In this document: in pieces, positions 18,993-28,387 of the stretch
How the letters are laid out: every line of letters starts with the position of its first letter
How positions within the stretch are numbered: the stretch's first letter is position 1
Origin: Candidatus Levyibacteriota bacterium
GTDB taxonomy: Bacteria > Patescibacteriota > Microgenomatia > Levybacterales > UBA12049
NCBI GenBank assembly: GCA_017991775.1
Contig: JAGOPV010000004.1
Span: 2,847 to 66,846 of the forward strand
Length of the DNA stretch: 64,000 nt
Reading direction: 5' to 3'
Program-made: the position numbers and the translations under genes
The notes under the pieces: model-generated
The model's input: the letters and a program-made list of their open reading frames with translations, nothing else
Databases searched by the model: none
What the model was told of the DNA's origin: nothing

Positions 18993-19811
18993 TTAGGAAA
19001 GAAGCAAGACCTTTTCTGATCCTTCAATAAAAATCTGCTTTCCACTTTTTTCTTTTAATTTTTTGGCAACTTCCTTATCAATATCCATGACAGGGAGACC
19101 GAGCTTTTTCTCAACGAGATAGTCAAGATCTTCTTGGACTATTGAAATACCTATTACACCTGAAACGCCTATTGCTGATGCCTTAACAAGTGCATCGCGA
19201 GTCATATATGGAACAAGTAAAATTTTCCCGATCATATCTCCCGTGATCAACCGACTCTCAACTGGTTCTCCGTCTTGGGTTGCAATGATGACTAGTTCAC
19301 CACTTGCCTTCCCACCTACTCCTTTTATCCCAGCAAGCGCAGTTGTCTTGCCCTCGATGACAATCTGATCATTATTACACACAGCGATCTTGCCATCAAG
19401 CGGAGAAAGAATTGGCATCAATTCTTCAGACGAGACATTCTCGCTAACTACACTACTCTGTGATTTCTTAATAATTAATTTGCCTGTATCTCGTTCAAAT
19501 CGATAGATAGTACCAGGCACCGTCGCAACAACTTGCTCTTTTTTAAGCCCAAGGCCTCCCGTTCGCTCAGCCAAGACATCACCCACTACGATATTTTCAC
19601 CCAAGGATTTTTTAAGAAGTCTTCCGACATTCCCAGCACGAGTTGCATAGATAGACGTCAGATCGATCTCATATTCATCATGAGAAATTTGTGAAGTATC
19701 TGTGTGCGATATTTTGGGAGGAGTAGCGAGGACATCATTCATGGACACATGATCCCCTACTTTTACAGTAGACGTATAGCCATGAGGGACAGTGATAGGC
19801 AGTGAAGACAT
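18993..19811 (-). CDS. Hypothetical protein
   Basis: 272 aa, no recognised motif; sits downstream of rpsR in same orientation. Confidence 0.5.
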   Translation of the reverse strand: MSSLPITVPHGYTSTVKVGDHVSMNDVLATPPKISHTDTSQISHDEYEIDLTSIYATRAGNVGRLLKKSLGENIVVGDVLAERTGGLGLKKEQVVATVPGTIYRFERDTGKLIIKKSQSSVVSENVSSEELMPILSPLDGKIAVCNNDQIVIEGKTTALAGIKGVGGKASGELVIIATQDGEPVESRLITGDMIGKILLVPYMTRDALVKASAIGVSGVIGISIVQEDLDYLVEKKLGLPVMDIDKEVAKKLKEKSGKQIFIEGSEKVLLLS

Positions 19812-19827
19812 AGGTAACTAAAAATCT

Positions 19828-20073
19828 TTAGTCGTGAGCTACAAATGGCAGTAGAGCCAAATGACGCGCATATTTAATAGCGTCAGTTAGACGACGCTGA
19901 TGAAGTGCACAAACACCAGTTCGTACACGACCAATGATCTTTCCCCGATCAGTCATATACTTTGAGATCGTTGACACATCTGCATATGATGGCAACTTTT
20001 TGTCATCACAGAATGCGCAGTTCTTAGGTGCGACTATCTTTTTTTTATTTCGTAGTGGTTTTTTAAATGCCAT
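19828..20073 (-). CDS. rpsR: 30S ribosomal protein S18
   Basis: S18 signature ...DVSTISKYMTDRGKIIGRVRTGVCALHQRRL. Confidence 0.9.
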   Translation of the reverse strand: MAFKKPLRNKKKIVAPKNCAFCDDKKLPSYADVSTISKYMTDRGKIIGRVRTGVCALHQRRLTDAIKYARHLALLPFVAHD

Positions 20074-20078
20074 ATATT

Positions 20079-20582
20079 TTAGAAAGGAATATCGTCTGGA
20101 GCAACCTCATCAGTGCTAGCAGTTGATGCTACTGGCTCAGTTGGCTCTGGCTCGACTTCTACCCTCTCTTCTTTCTTTGATTTTACAGACTTTGAAGTCT
20201 CGGCTGGCTTTTCTGCCTCGCCTTCTTCAGTCTTGCCAACAGGTGTACCTGTCTTATCAAGGATGATCATATCATCAATCACAATTTCTGTGACTGATTT
20301 ATTCTGACCATCTTGTGATGTCCAGTTCCTGGTAGAAAGTCGTCCTTCAACATATACCTTACGACCTTTTACCAAATACTGACTGCATATTTCCCCTAAT
20401 TTGTTCCAAGCAACTATGCGATGAAAGTCTGATTCTTCATGCTTTTCGCCTGTATCAGTTGTCCAAGATCTATTTGTTGCAATGCTAAATGAGCAAACTG
20501 CTGCTCCACTTGGCGTATATCGCAATTCTGGATCCCGAGTAAGATTTCCGATTAACTGAGCTTTGTTTAGTGACCGAGCCAT
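20079..20582 (-). CDS. ssb: Single-stranded DNA-binding protein
   Basis: OB-fold MARSLNKAQLIGNLTRDPELRYTPSG... and acidic C-terminal DDIPF tail. Confidence 0.9.
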   Translation of the reverse strand: MARSLNKAQLIGNLTRDPELRYTPSGAAVCSFSIATNRSWTTDTGEKHEESDFHRIVAWNKLGEICSQYLVKGRKVYVEGRLSTRNWTSQDGQNKSVTEIVIDDMIILDKTGTPVGKTEEGEAEKPAETSKSVKSKKEERVEVEPEPTEPVASTASTDEVAPDDIPF

Positions 20583-20646
20583 AATTTATTTAGCTTCTAG
20601 GAATTAGTTCAGCAACTATATGCTAGCTGCTATTTCCTAGTTACTA

Positions 20647-20925
20647 TTACTTAGTTCTAATGAGTAAGTGTCTAATGACACTATCACTTCTAATTAAGCG
20701 TGTTTCGAAATCTGCAGGGATAGCATTTTCACCAGCCAAATGGAGAACTTGATAGAATCCAGCAAGCTCTTTCTTGATCTTGTAGGCTAATGGTTTTTGA
20801 CCCCATTCATCCTCGCTCTCAATCTTAATGTCTCCCAACCACTCTTTAACTGTAGCCAATGTCTTTTTGCGATCAGCATCAGTAAGTGATGTTTTGAAGA
20901 CCAAAACTAAATCATAAAGTCTCAT
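20647..20925 (-). CDS. rpsF: 30S ribosomal protein S6
   Basis: MRLYDLVLVFKTSLTD... S6 signature; ORF track start 21039 overlaps upstream gene, Met at 20925 fits S6 length. Confidence 0.85.
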   Translation of the reverse strand: MRLYDLVLVFKTSLTDADRKKTLATVKEWLGDIKIESEDEWGQKPLAYKIKKELAGFYQVLHLAGENAIPADFETRLIRSDSVIRHLLIRTK

Positions 20926-21016
20926 AACTAGGCCTAATGATACCAAATTTGAGCCTCTTATCGCAAGTGGGAATACATATCTATTTAAAATCCAAGAAAC
21001 AAGTGTTTTGCCTGAG

Positions 21017-21598
21017 TTATTCCTGCTTGAGCCTATCAAGATAGTCTCTCAGATCTCTTCGCTGATCTTCAAGCTCTATGAGAAGGTCTTGATAAACTTC
21101 TCGCTGAGCAACAGACGAAAATGCGACTTGCAACTCGCGTACACCATCTATGGCATTTAGAGTTGATGGAATCACTCGTTCAAAAAAACCACCAACCTTT
21201 GGCCTCTCATTGCTTCCTTTCATGATCAGTCTCATACCTGTAATCGATGTCCTTAGATCCTGCGTAACATACTCAACATCATTTTGGGTTAGTCTTATCC
21301 AAGCTGAATTCTTCTCGTCTTTTCTTAAATGCGCGCCTACAAAACTCTGAGCAAGATTATTAAGATATGATCCTTCCCCATTTGCTGCCTCTCCGCCGCC
21401 TATCTCAACTTGAGCGCTTATTCCATCTTGCTGAGAATTATATGAACTTCTCAAATGCTTTCCAAGCGCAAGTGCACTTTTGGCAGAAATATCAACGGTG
21501 TAGAGAACTCGCTTTTCAGGGTGCTCAATAAAACTAACAATATCACTAATATCAATAGCGTCTGGAGAAAAATGGGGGTTGCTTTCTCTTTCTAGCAT
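21017..21598 (-). CDS. Hypothetical protein
   Basis: 193 aa soluble ORF directly downstream of ychF. Confidence 0.5.
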   Translation of the reverse strand: MLERESNPHFSPDAIDISDIVSFIEHPEKRVLYTVDISAKSALALGKHLRSSYNSQQDGISAQVEIGGGEAANGEGSYLNNLAQSFVGAHLRKDEKNSAWIRLTQNDVEYVTQDLRTSITGMRLIMKGSNERPKVGGFFERVIPSTLNAIDGVRELQVAFSSVAQREVYQDLLIELEDQRRDLRDYLDRLKQE

Positions 21599-22696
21599 TT
21601 AAGCACCGATCTTAAACTCTATAACGTCACCATCTTGTACGATATAATCTTTGCCTTCAAGCCGCGCCTTACCGACTTCACGAGCTTTTTTGCGGCCACC
21701 TCTGGTCACATAATCATCAAATGAGACGACTTCAGCTTTGATAAATTTCTTAATAAAATCTTGATGAATTTCGCCGGAGGCGATGAGCGAGGTAGAACCG
21801 AGTCGAATGGTCCATGCTCGTATCTCCATCTCGCCAGCTGTCAAAAATGAGATGAGACCAAGTCTGCTATACGCTTTTTGAATGAGTCGCTCAAGTCCAG
21901 ATGAACTAACACCGAGCTCTGATAAATATTCTTTCTGCTCATCAGTATTTAATCCTGCTAACTCTGACTCGATCTTGGCGCAAATCACAACGAAACGGTC
22001 CTCTGGTAAGCTGAGCAGACCTGCATACTCAACAATTTTTTTAGCGATGGAAGCCTCATTATAATCATCCTCTGTAACGTTAAGAACTACGACTTCTGGT
22101 TTGTTCGTTAGTAAAAAAAGATCTTTGATCGCCTCACGCTCTTCATCAGTTAGGGATACATCAAACGCTCTCTTGCCTGAGTTAAGTTCGACCAATAACT
22201 TCTCTGCTGCTGCCTTTTTGGCTGGCTCTGCTTTTCTATTATCAACAGTCTTTTCAAGCGTCGAGATATCAGCGATGATCAACTCTGTTTGAATTGTGGA
22301 ATAGTCCTCAGATGGGCTGACACTCCCCTCTCGCAGCACATCAGCGTCCTCGAATGCGCGGACAACGTGCGCTATAACAGATACCTCCCTGATGTGAGAC
22401 AAGAATTTATTGCCAAGACCGGCTCCCTCTGCAGCTCCTTTCACAAGTCCTGCGATATCGACGAACTCCACTGTCGCTGACTTTATCGGTGGCAAAGAAC
22501 TCATCGACTCCTCTATCTTCACGACATCGGCAAGTGTCACAAGACGCTGATCAGGAACGGGCACGATACCTACATTGGGCTCGATAGTAGCGAAAGGATA
22601 GTTGGCAGCCAAAGCCTGCTGCTTTTTCAAAAGCGCATTAAAGAGTGTCGACTTACCGACATTTGGAAGACCCACAATACCTACTGATAAATTCAT
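21599..22696 (-). CDS. ychF: Ribosome-binding ATPase YchF (Obg-like ATPase)
   Basis: GLPNVGKSTLFNAL P-loop, C-terminal TGS domain. Confidence 0.9.
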   Translation of the reverse strand: MNLSVGIVGLPNVGKSTLFNALLKKQQALAANYPFATIEPNVGIVPVPDQRLVTLADVVKIEESMSSLPPIKSATVEFVDIAGLVKGAAEGAGLGNKFLSHIREVSVIAHVVRAFEDADVLREGSVSPSEDYSTIQTELIIADISTLEKTVDNRKAEPAKKAAAEKLLVELNSGKRAFDVSLTDEEREAIKDLFLLTNKPEVVVLNVTEDDYNEASIAKKIVEYAGLLSLPEDRFVVICAKIESELAGLNTDEQKEYLSELGVSSSGLERLIQKAYSRLGLISFLTAGEMEIRAWTIRLGSTSLIASGEIHQDFIKKFIKAEVVSFDDYVTRGGRKKAREVGKARLEGKDYIVQDGDVIEFKIGA

Positions 22697-22764
22697 ATTT
22701 ATTTATATCCTGAGCTATGTCAAAGGATGAGGCTAATTATAGCAGAAACTAGAAGAGAGATAAT

Positions 22765-22792
22765 TTGTACGATGCATTAATGCATCGTACAA
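22765..22792. repeat. 28-bp perfect palindrome TTGTACGATGCATT|AATGCATCGTACAA
   Basis: Exact reverse-complement symmetry read directly; intergenic between ychF start and SRPBCC gene stop. Confidence 0.9.
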
Positions 22793-22824
22793 GATGGATA
22801 TTCTCACAAAATTGGGTGGAGATA

Positions 22825-23229
22825 TTAGCAGGATTCGGTGTGTTTTTTAAAGTTATCGAGGATTGCTTGCCAACCTGTTCTCTGTAGTTCTTCTGAATTT
22901 TCTTGCTCTGGGTCAAAATCAACATCGACCTTCGTAGCATCTCCTTGAGATGAGAGCTTCACAATAACTTTTCTTCCATCATCCATTGTATATGCAATCA
23001 ACTCATGCTCTTTAACCTGCGAATAAACACCTGAAAAATCAAACTGCTCACTCTTATCTTTAGCCGCCATTTTTGTGGAGAACTTTCCACCAACTCGTAA
23101 ATCATTTTCCGCATGAGGAGCCTCCCAGTCATCTGAGGCAAATGCCCATTTTGTAATATGCTCTGGAGACGTATAACACTCCCAGACCTTTTCAAGTGAA
23201 GCATTAATTGTTGAAGTAGTATGTACCAT
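22825..23229 (-). CDS. SRPBCC-superfamily protein (Aha1/AHSA1-like)
   Basis: Sequence pattern typical of activator-of-Hsp90-ATPase-like START/Bet v1 fold. Confidence 0.6.
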   Translation of the reverse strand: MVHTTSTINASLEKVWECYTSPEHITKWAFASDDWEAPHAENDLRVGGKFSTKMAAKDKSEQFDFSGVYSQVKEHELIAYTMDDGRKVIVKLSSQGDATKVDVDFDPEQENSEELQRTGWQAILDNFKKHTESC

Positions 23230-23264
23230 AGCTATGTTGTCATTATAGCAAATAATCTCATGCG

Positions 23265-24767
23265 CTAGAACTTTACGTAGCGGGTAATCGAGCCGATAAC
23301 TCTGGCAGCAAAGTTCTTGTAGTATCTATTCCCAGATGTACTCCCCTTCTTAGAAGTCGTAAATTTCATTTCATTACTCCATGTTCCAGTGGCACAGTCA
23401 TTACCAGCTCTAACACGGACGTAGTACGTGCTCTTGGGCGCGAGCGACTCAATCGTATATGCTCTTACACCAGTTGAGTTGCCAGAGAGTTCTCCTCCAA
23501 ATCGCGCCTCACCTGGTTTGTAGCCATACGAGATCACATACTTATTTGTATTACTTTGCACAGGCGAGAAATAGATCTTCGCTTTTGTAGTTGTTGTATC
23601 TATCTGAAAAAGATTTGGGGCACCAACTGGCTCTGGCGATCCACAAGTAATTGCGAGAGAAAGCGAATCGCCAGATGATGTATTTCCACTTCCGCTATCT
23701 GGGGTTGGTGTTGGTGTCGGTGTCGAGACAGGCAGATCACCTTTATACACTCGTCCATTCCACTCAACCGCAAGCAGCACTTGACCATCGCTACTCATAA
23801 AGCCTGTATTCCACTCAGCATTTACATCACCCTTTGGCTGGGTCTCAGTCCAGGTTGAGCCTGCATTCACTGAGAGATATGATCTTCCTAGGTTGGCAGC
23901 AGCCAGCATGGTCTGACCATCTGAACTCACAGTGCTAATTGCCCATGTCTTATCGGTATCACCTGCAGGCTGGGTCTCAGTCCAGGTTGAGCCTGTGTTT
24001 GTCGAGATATATAGCCTGCCACCTGCTAAACCAACAATCATTGTCTGTCCATTTGAGCTCATGTTGGCCATGTACCAATCTTTATCTATATCACCTGCGG
24101 CTAGCGAATCACCCCAAGTATCTCCGCCATCAGTTGAAAGATAAAGTCTATCCCCAACTGCACCTGCAAGTATGACTTCTCCATCTGAACTCATAGCAAA
24201 TGTTCCCCACTGTTGATCTGATGGACCTGCTGGCTGGGTCTCAGTCCAGGTTGAGCCTGCGTTGGTAGATAGGTATGCTCGGCCTCCATTAACTCCTGCG
24301 AACAGTATCTGTCCATTTGAGCTCATCGCAACCGCACTCCATGATTTATCTAAGTCCCCAGCAGGCTGAACTTCTGTCCACATTGATCCGCTACTCGAAG
24401 AAACAAATATCCTGCCACCATTCACTCCGGCGATCATTTTTACACCATCTGAACTCATCGCAACAGTCTGCCAATCAGCATCAGTGTCTCCTAAAGGTTG
24501 TGCTTCAAACCATGTAGTCCCACTTGTTGAGGAAACAAAGAGTCTCCCATCGATTCCTGTTGCCCCTACAAGCATAACTTGCCCATCATTACTTAGAGCA
24601 GTCACATTCCAGTCTCTTGCCACATCACCTACTGGCTGCACCTCAGTCCACGTCAATGCTGCACGAACTACAAATGTAAAAATGCTAACGAGTAGACCAA
24701 CAAAAACTAAAAAGAGGATCTCTTTTCTCAAGAGATGATTTTTCTTGGGCAGACCTTTTCTCTTCAT
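23265..24767 (-). CDS. Secreted BNR/Asp-box-like repeat protein with C-terminal fibronectin type III domain
   Basis: TM/signal anchor, about 9 repeats of S(S/T)DG..., S.N.GSTWTETQPAGD, then Pro/Thr linker and Fn3-like tail; repeats visible in DNA. Confidence 0.65.
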   Translation of the reverse strand: MKRKGLPKKNHLLRKEILFLVFVGLLVSIFTFVVRAALTWTEVQPVGDVARDWNVTALSNDGQVMLVGATGIDGRLFVSSTSGTTWFEAQPLGDTDADWQTVAMSSDGVKMIAGVNGGRIFVSSSSGSMWTEVQPAGDLDKSWSAVAMSSNGQILFAGVNGGRAYLSTNAGSTWTETQPAGPSDQQWGTFAMSSDGEVILAGAVGDRLYLSTDGGDTWGDSLAAGDIDKDWYMANMSSNGQTMIVGLAGGRLYISTNTGSTWTETQPAGDTDKTWAISTVSSDGQTMLAAANLGRSYLSVNAGSTWTETQPKGDVNAEWNTGFMSSDGQVLLAVEWNGRVYKGDLPVSTPTPTPTPDSGSGNTSSGDSLSLAITCGSPEPVGAPNLFQIDTTTTKAKIYFSPVQSNTNKYVISYGYKPGEARFGGELSGNSTGVRAYTIESLAPKSTYYVRVRAGNDCATGTWSNEMKFTTSKKGSTSGNRYYKNFAARVIGSITRYVKF

Positions 24768-24769
24768 AT

Positions 24770-25237
24770 CTATTCTTTATTTTTCTTCATATGTAATGCG
24801 TAGTCAATGAGTATTAATTGATTTTTGGAAATCTTTGGCAGATCTCCTAAAGCAAAAAAACCATACTCCACTACTTCATGCGACTTCCTGAACTCTCCTC
24901 CTATGAATGTACCAATAAGTGTCAAATCTAGTCGCGAAGATGACCTATCAGTACGCAACTTTAGTTGATCTTCAACGCTCACAACAAGACCAGACTCCTC
25001 TAGTATTTCTCTTTCAAGACTCTCAAATGGATGCTCTTTAGATTTAATGTAACCCCCCGGCAAACTCCACTCCGTCTGGCGATATGTATGCTTGAAAAGA
25101 AGTACTTCCTTCTTTTCGTTAAAAATAATTCCAGTCACTCCAATTAAGAACTGATCCTGGAAGATGCGCATAATTGCGAGCTGAAAATTGGTTGGGAGGG
25201 ATAACGCGCGCCATGTTTTAGCAAGAAGTGTTTTCAC
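24770..25237 (-). CDS. NUDIX hydrolase
   Basis: Nudix box LPGGYIKSKEHPFESLEREILEESGL. Confidence 0.8.
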   Translation of the reverse strand: MKTLLAKTWRALSLPTNFQLAIMRIFQDQFLIGVTGIIFNEKKEVLLFKHTYRQTEWSLPGGYIKSKEHPFESLEREILEESGLVVSVEDQLKLRTDRSSSRLDLTLIGTFIGGEFRKSHEVVEYGFFALGDLPKISKNQLILIDYALHMKKNKE

Positions 25238-25575
25238 AATGACTTATCATCATCTGAGCTGTGTGTTTGTTCTTTTAGACGAGCGTTGTCAAGCTCTAGC
25301 TGGTGAATTTTCTTCAGATGCTCTGCGTTCTCTTTTTTGTAATCGCTAATCTTCTTATCTTTCCCCCTCATGGTCAGACCTGACGCGATATCATTCACCA
25401 AACTAATGATCCATGAGACAAGGAGGCCAAATAAAAGTGCTCCAACTACGACTACATAAACAGGGATATTAGGAATACTATAATTAAAAAAGAACAAAGA
25501 CGTAGTGCCTGTGTTCTGAGTCGCAAAAAACGCAATAACTAATCCCAATAGAACTGTGACTATAAGTGTTGCCAT
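25234..25575 (-). CDS. LapA/DUF1049-like small inner-membrane protein
   Basis: Two TM helices plus C-terminal coiled-coil KKIHQLELDNARLKEQ. Confidence 0.55.
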   Translation of the reverse strand: MATLIVTVLLGLVIAFFATQNTGTTSLFFFNYSIPNIPVYVVVVGALLFGLLVSWIISLVNDIASGLTMRGKDKKISDYKKENAEHLKKIHQLELDNARLKEQTHSSDDDKSL

Positions 25576-25635
25576 ATCTCAATCTTACATACAGATGAGA
25601 AGCGATGCAACCAACTTACAAAACGATTACATTTC

Positions 25636-26247
25636 TCATGCCTCATCATCTTCCTGAGCGTTCATCAATTCTTCAATAAATGTTGAGTTATACGTCGCAA
25701 CTGAAGGATCATAGTCTTCCGATAAAGGCTGAAAAACAATTCTATTTCTTATTCTCCACTTTTCGAGTTCCCAGGCAGGTAATTTATTTACATATTTTTC
25801 CTGCTGTTTTCTCAGCCTTGCTTCCTCAACCCTTACACGTTCGACTTCCCTATTCCACTCAACAACATGTTCTGGGTTTGGCTCGAGCACCCCTAAATAT
25901 GTCCCATCTGCACTCCAAGCATCACCACCTTCATAGTTTAACGTAGGCTCAATCAGACCATAAAGAGTATTCCCAAATTGGTCAAACTTTTCATCATAAT
26001 AATTCACTACTGCTCGAACACTTTTAGGAGCACGCGGATTGGCATAAGGTTGGATTATCCCCTTTCTTCGAGCCCATACATCTGGAGCTAGTCCATCAAT
26101 AGTGTCCATACTTGTATCTTCTGGGTCGCTCATAATATCAGCAACTATTTGATCAACCTCATGCACAGCCTTTTCTAGCGATATCGTAGCTATCTCCTCT
26201 TCAACCAAAACCCCAAGGAATTCTGTTGGAATATGCTGCTCAGACAT
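25636..26247 (-). CDS. Hypothetical acidic protein
   Basis: 203 aa ORF, no recognisable motif. Confidence 0.45.
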   Translation of the reverse strand: MSEQHIPTEFLGVLVEEEIATISLEKAVHEVDQIVADIMSDPEDTSMDTIDGLAPDVWARRKGIIQPYANPRAPKSVRAVVNYYDEKFDQFGNTLYGLIEPTLNYEGGDAWSADGTYLGVLEPNPEHVVEWNREVERVRVEEARLRKQQEKYVNKLPAWELEKWRIRNRIVFQPLSEDYDPSVATYNSTFIEELMNAQEDDEA

Positions 26248-26302
26248 GACACGATTCTAAACATTTTCTATGTCTAAAACAATGTGATGATATACTTCCA
26301 CT

Positions 26303-26623
26303 ATGGCTACAAAGCAATCAACTGTAGATTTTATTGCAGACCAAGTCTCGGGTGCTGGCGAGATCCGAACTCGCAAGATGTTTGGTGAGTATGCACTTTA
26401 TTGTAATGAGAAAGTTGTCGCACTTATTTGCGACGATCAATTATTTATTAAGCCAACCGAGCCAGGACTCAAATTCCTAGATGAAAGTCACGCCACTCCA
26501 CCATATCCAGGTGCTAAGGATTATTTAAAAGTACCAGAGGATAAATGGGATGACAGAGAATGGTTAGCTGATTTTATAAAGGCATCTGCAGACGTCCTCC
26601 CCGTCATCAAGAAGAAAAAATAA
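26303..26623 (+). CDS. TfoX N-terminal domain protein
   Basis: TfoX_N-like ...TRKMFGEYALYCNEKVVALICDDQLFIKPT. Confidence 0.65.
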   Translation: MATKQSTVDFIADQVSGAGEIRTRKMFGEYALYCNEKVVALICDDQLFIKPTEPGLKFLDESHATPPYPGAKDYLKVPEDKWDDREWLADFIKASADVLPVIKKKK

Positions 26624-26712
26624 ACTTAAGGGTAATTCTGTGGTAGAATCTGCGTGAACATTGACACGTTGACGTTAGTTATCATGCTGCGAGGCTAGAA
26701 GGTGAACAAATC

Positions 26713-27108
26713 ATGTTCTTGATACTGTTATTCTTACTGGCTTGTGCAGCTTGCTGCATAAAGTTCTCGCCGCCAGGCACAGGAATTAACAAATCCGGCA
26801 TGGTCGGAACCATCTTAGGATTAATTTTTGGACTCATGGTGGCTCTTTTTCTTGGAGCCTGGCAGCACCAAGAGTCTGTGACCAATAAAGTTCCTCTGGA
26901 GGCATCCAGCTTCGAAGGAACAGTTAGAATCAAAGAGGGAGATGTTAATTGGCCAACATTGGCCTTCACCGACAACCTCTGCGATGATGGTGATTGGGGA
27001 TGGGATCCACTTGATCTTTCCATCTCCAAATGGTGGTGGATCTGCATAGATGTAAACTCAGACGGCGTCCTTCTCGTTCCGAGGGGATATCTAGATCCAC
27101 CAAGCTAA
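26713..27108 (+). CDS. Small Cys-rich secreted/lipoprotein-like hypothetical protein
   Basis: Hydrophobic N-terminus LLFLLACAACC; followed by intrinsic terminator; leader shares CATTGACACGTT with the 34.5-kb array leaders. Confidence 0.5.
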   Translation: MFLILLFLLACAACCIKFSPPGTGINKSGMVGTILGLIFGLMVALFLGAWQHQESVTNKVPLEASSFEGTVRIKEGDVNWPTLAFTDNLCDDGDWGWDPLDLSISKWWWICIDVNSDGVLLVPRGYLDPPS

Positions 27109-27135
27109 AACGTTAGGACGATCAATTACACACTA

Positions 27136-27166
27136 CCCTGCGCCCCCTCTGGGCGCAGGGTTTTTT
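27136..27166 (+). terminator. Rho-independent terminator
   Basis: CCCTGCGCCC-cctct-GGGCGCAGGG hairpin then TTTTTT. Confidence 0.75.
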
Positions 27167-27167
27167 A

Positions 27168-27848
27168 CTACTTGATCTTAAGAGTTGCGCCATAATCTTT
27201 TAGCCATTTAATTTGCTGCCTATATGAAGGGGTGATGCCTCGCACCTTCATCCAAAACATCTGCGTATGATTTTTCTCAATCGTATGTGCTAACTCATGG
27301 ACCACGACGTAGTTAAGAACCATAGCTGGTGCCATAATTAGACGCCAATTGAATTGGAGCCTATTATCCTGGGTGCACCTACCCCACTGTGACTTAGTAT
27401 CTGAGAATGTAATTTCTTTGAACTCTGTCTTCATCTCTAAAGCATATTTCTCAGTCTGAAGCGTGATCACTCTCTTTGATTCAGACAGATACCAATTTAA
27501 GAGCTCTTTATCTTTGCGAAACATGAGTGACTGTGGGAAAAATAATGTATCATTCTTGACCGAAATCTTTGTGACACTCGAAGGCTCAAGTGTCAGCATC
27601 TGCCCAAGATAGAGATATTGATCTTTTGCTCTTTTAACAACTGGAACTTTCTTAATTCGCGCGAGGTGCTTATCAATCCAGTCTTGATGTGAGGAAATAA
27701 AATTATTGATCATGAAGGTGGGCATGAGCTTTGGAGCCTTGACGATCACATCGCCATCCGGCTCAATGTGGACTGATATCGTTCTTCGATGAGACCTAAC
27801 AATACTTATCTTTGGAGACTCTACCATAGGAGAGGACTTATTGTACAA
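27168..27848 (-). CDS. M48-family/YgjP-like (DUF45) zinc metallopeptidase
   Basis: HELAHT HExxH motif in C-terminal part. Confidence 0.7.
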   Translation of the reverse strand: MYNKSSPMVESPKISIVRSHRRTISVHIEPDGDVIVKAPKLMPTFMINNFISSHQDWIDKHLARIKKVPVVKRAKDQYLYLGQMLTLEPSSVTKISVKNDTLFFPQSLMFRKDKELLNWYLSESKRVITLQTEKYALEMKTEFKEITFSDTKSQWGRCTQDNRLQFNWRLIMAPAMVLNYVVVHELAHTIEKNHTQMFWMKVRGITPSYRQQIKWLKDYGATLKIK

Positions 27849-27865
27849 CGAATTAACAGATCTGG

Positions 27866-28387
27866 CTATTTATTATCAGGGATAAATTTAAGTGCTGAGG
27901 CATTGATACAGTATCTTTTACCGGTTGGCAAAGGCCCGTCATCGAAGACATGCCCTAGATGTCCGCCACATTTTTTACCAATAACTTCGATGCGCTTGAT
28001 GCCCCCTGAGTAGTCATCCTTCAAAATAACTGCATCCTCATTAATGGGTGCCCAAAAACTTGGCCACCCAGTTCCAGAATCAAATTTCTGTTCGGAGCGA
28101 AAAACTGGCTCATTACAGTCAGCAGTGACATATGTCCCCTTCTCATGATTCTCAAGCATCTCTTTATTGCTAAAGGGCACATCTGTTCCGCCTTCTCGCA
28201 AGACATAGTATTGTTGGGCTGTAAGCTTAGTCCTCCATGGATCATCCACTTCTGACACCTTTTTCTGTGACAATATTTGAATTGAGAAAAAACCAAGAAC
28301 TATAACAAGAAGAGTAACGAGGAGCACAGTGGTTCGATATTTAGGCTTTAGCAATATCATGGGTACTTTACCCAAACGTGAAAGCAA
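27866..28387 (-). CDS. msrB: Peptide-methionine (R)-S-oxide reductase MsrB, membrane-anchored/secreted
   Basis: SelR/MsrB motifs GWPSF, two CxxC pairs (CNEP...CGGHLGHVF), RYCIN catalytic Cys; N-terminal TM helix. Confidence 0.85.
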   Translation of the reverse strand: MLSRLGKVPMILLKPKYRTTVLLVTLLVIVLGFFSIQILSQKKVSEVDDPWRTKLTAQQYYVLREGGTDVPFSNKEMLENHEKGTYVTADCNEPVFRSEQKFDSGTGWPSFWAPINEDAVILKDDYSGGIKRIEVIGKKCGGHLGHVFDDGPLPTGKRYCINASALKFIPDNK

